Notes under the pieces: model-generated
The model's database searches: none
Told to the model about the DNA's origin: nothing
Seen by the model: the letters and a program-made list of their open reading frames with translations, nothing else
Shown: one piece after another, positions 63,623 to 64,000 of the stretch
Position numbering within the stretch: position 1 is the first letter of the stretch
Layout: each line of letters begins with the position of its first letter
Made by a program: the position numbers and the translations under genes
Assembly (NCBI GenBank): GCA_977020255.1
Contig: CDROCS010000253.1
Span: forward strand, 1,736,001-1,800,000
Reading direction: 5' to 3'
DNA: 64,000 nt
DNA from: Obrimoposthia wandeli
Taxonomy: Eukaryota

Positions 63623-64000
63623 CTAGTTCTGTAATACAAAAGCCGCAGCGCCAAGTAACCCTGGTTGCTCTTCTGTTATCACGTAAGTGGGTGCTTGCTC
63701 GGTAATAGCTGACAAGCGGCCTTTGGTTTCGAAGCGCACTCTAAAGTCACTTGATTTTAAGTAATCAATAAAGCGCGGCACTATGCCACCAGCGATATAA
63801 ACACCGCCTTGGCTATTCATAATTAAGGCCAGATTACCGGCGAAACTACCGAGTACACTACAAAATAATGTCAATGTTTGCTCACAAATATTACACGTTT
63901 TGTTAAGAGCTTTGGTGGTGATCTCTTTAGCGGTAAGCTTATCGATCACTGTGGTGGTTTCTTTACCTTGATTAATAAATAATAACGCCTGATAGACTTG
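63623..64000 (-). CDS. glk: Glucokinase, C-terminal part (5'-truncated by window)
   Basis: Frame open to the window edge; LGSFAGNLAL, GGVYIAGGIVPR, F..KGR, PGLLGAA. Confidence 0.95.
   Translation of the reverse strand, partial: QVYQALLFINQGKETTTVIDKLTAKEITTKALNKTCNICEQTLTLFCSVLGSFAGNLALIMNSQGGVYIAGGIVPRFIDYLKSSDFRVRFETKGRLSAITEQAPTYVITEEQPGLLGAAAFVLQN

Overview
AT-rich marine gammaproteobacterial chromosome segment. Gene content and repeats suggest Colwellia or a related Alteromonadales member (inference). No rRNA, tRNA or CRISPR array was recognised. Most of the window is core genome: a stand-alone EF-G (partial), dusC, hutCUH/hutI, rluF, prpE, uvrA, fadH, pssA, ssb, aroQ-accBC, dsbD, fxsA-groESL, metR/mesXD, epmB-efp, and a LacI/MFS/glk sugar locus. 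The strongest finding is a cfrX-cmpX-sigX-like operon divergent from an OmpA/OprF-like gene, each side preceded by the identical ECF-type motif TGTGACTTTTTAA-N9-CGTTA. Other points of interest: a PstS-like / porin / GGDEF-EAL triad that may be a trans-envelope c-di-GMP sensor; a small decayed island after groEL (orphan membrane protein, large palindrome, parDE, internally deleted TOTE primase-helicase); several pseudogenes the ORF track hides (curA-like, MFS, cutA, DUF2975-like); a missed 56-aa Cys-rich protein; several families of small palindromic repeats, some overlapping stop codons; and candidate HutC, FadR, MetR, sigma32, LacI and CrbR-like sites. Family assignments come from recalled motifs, not database searches.
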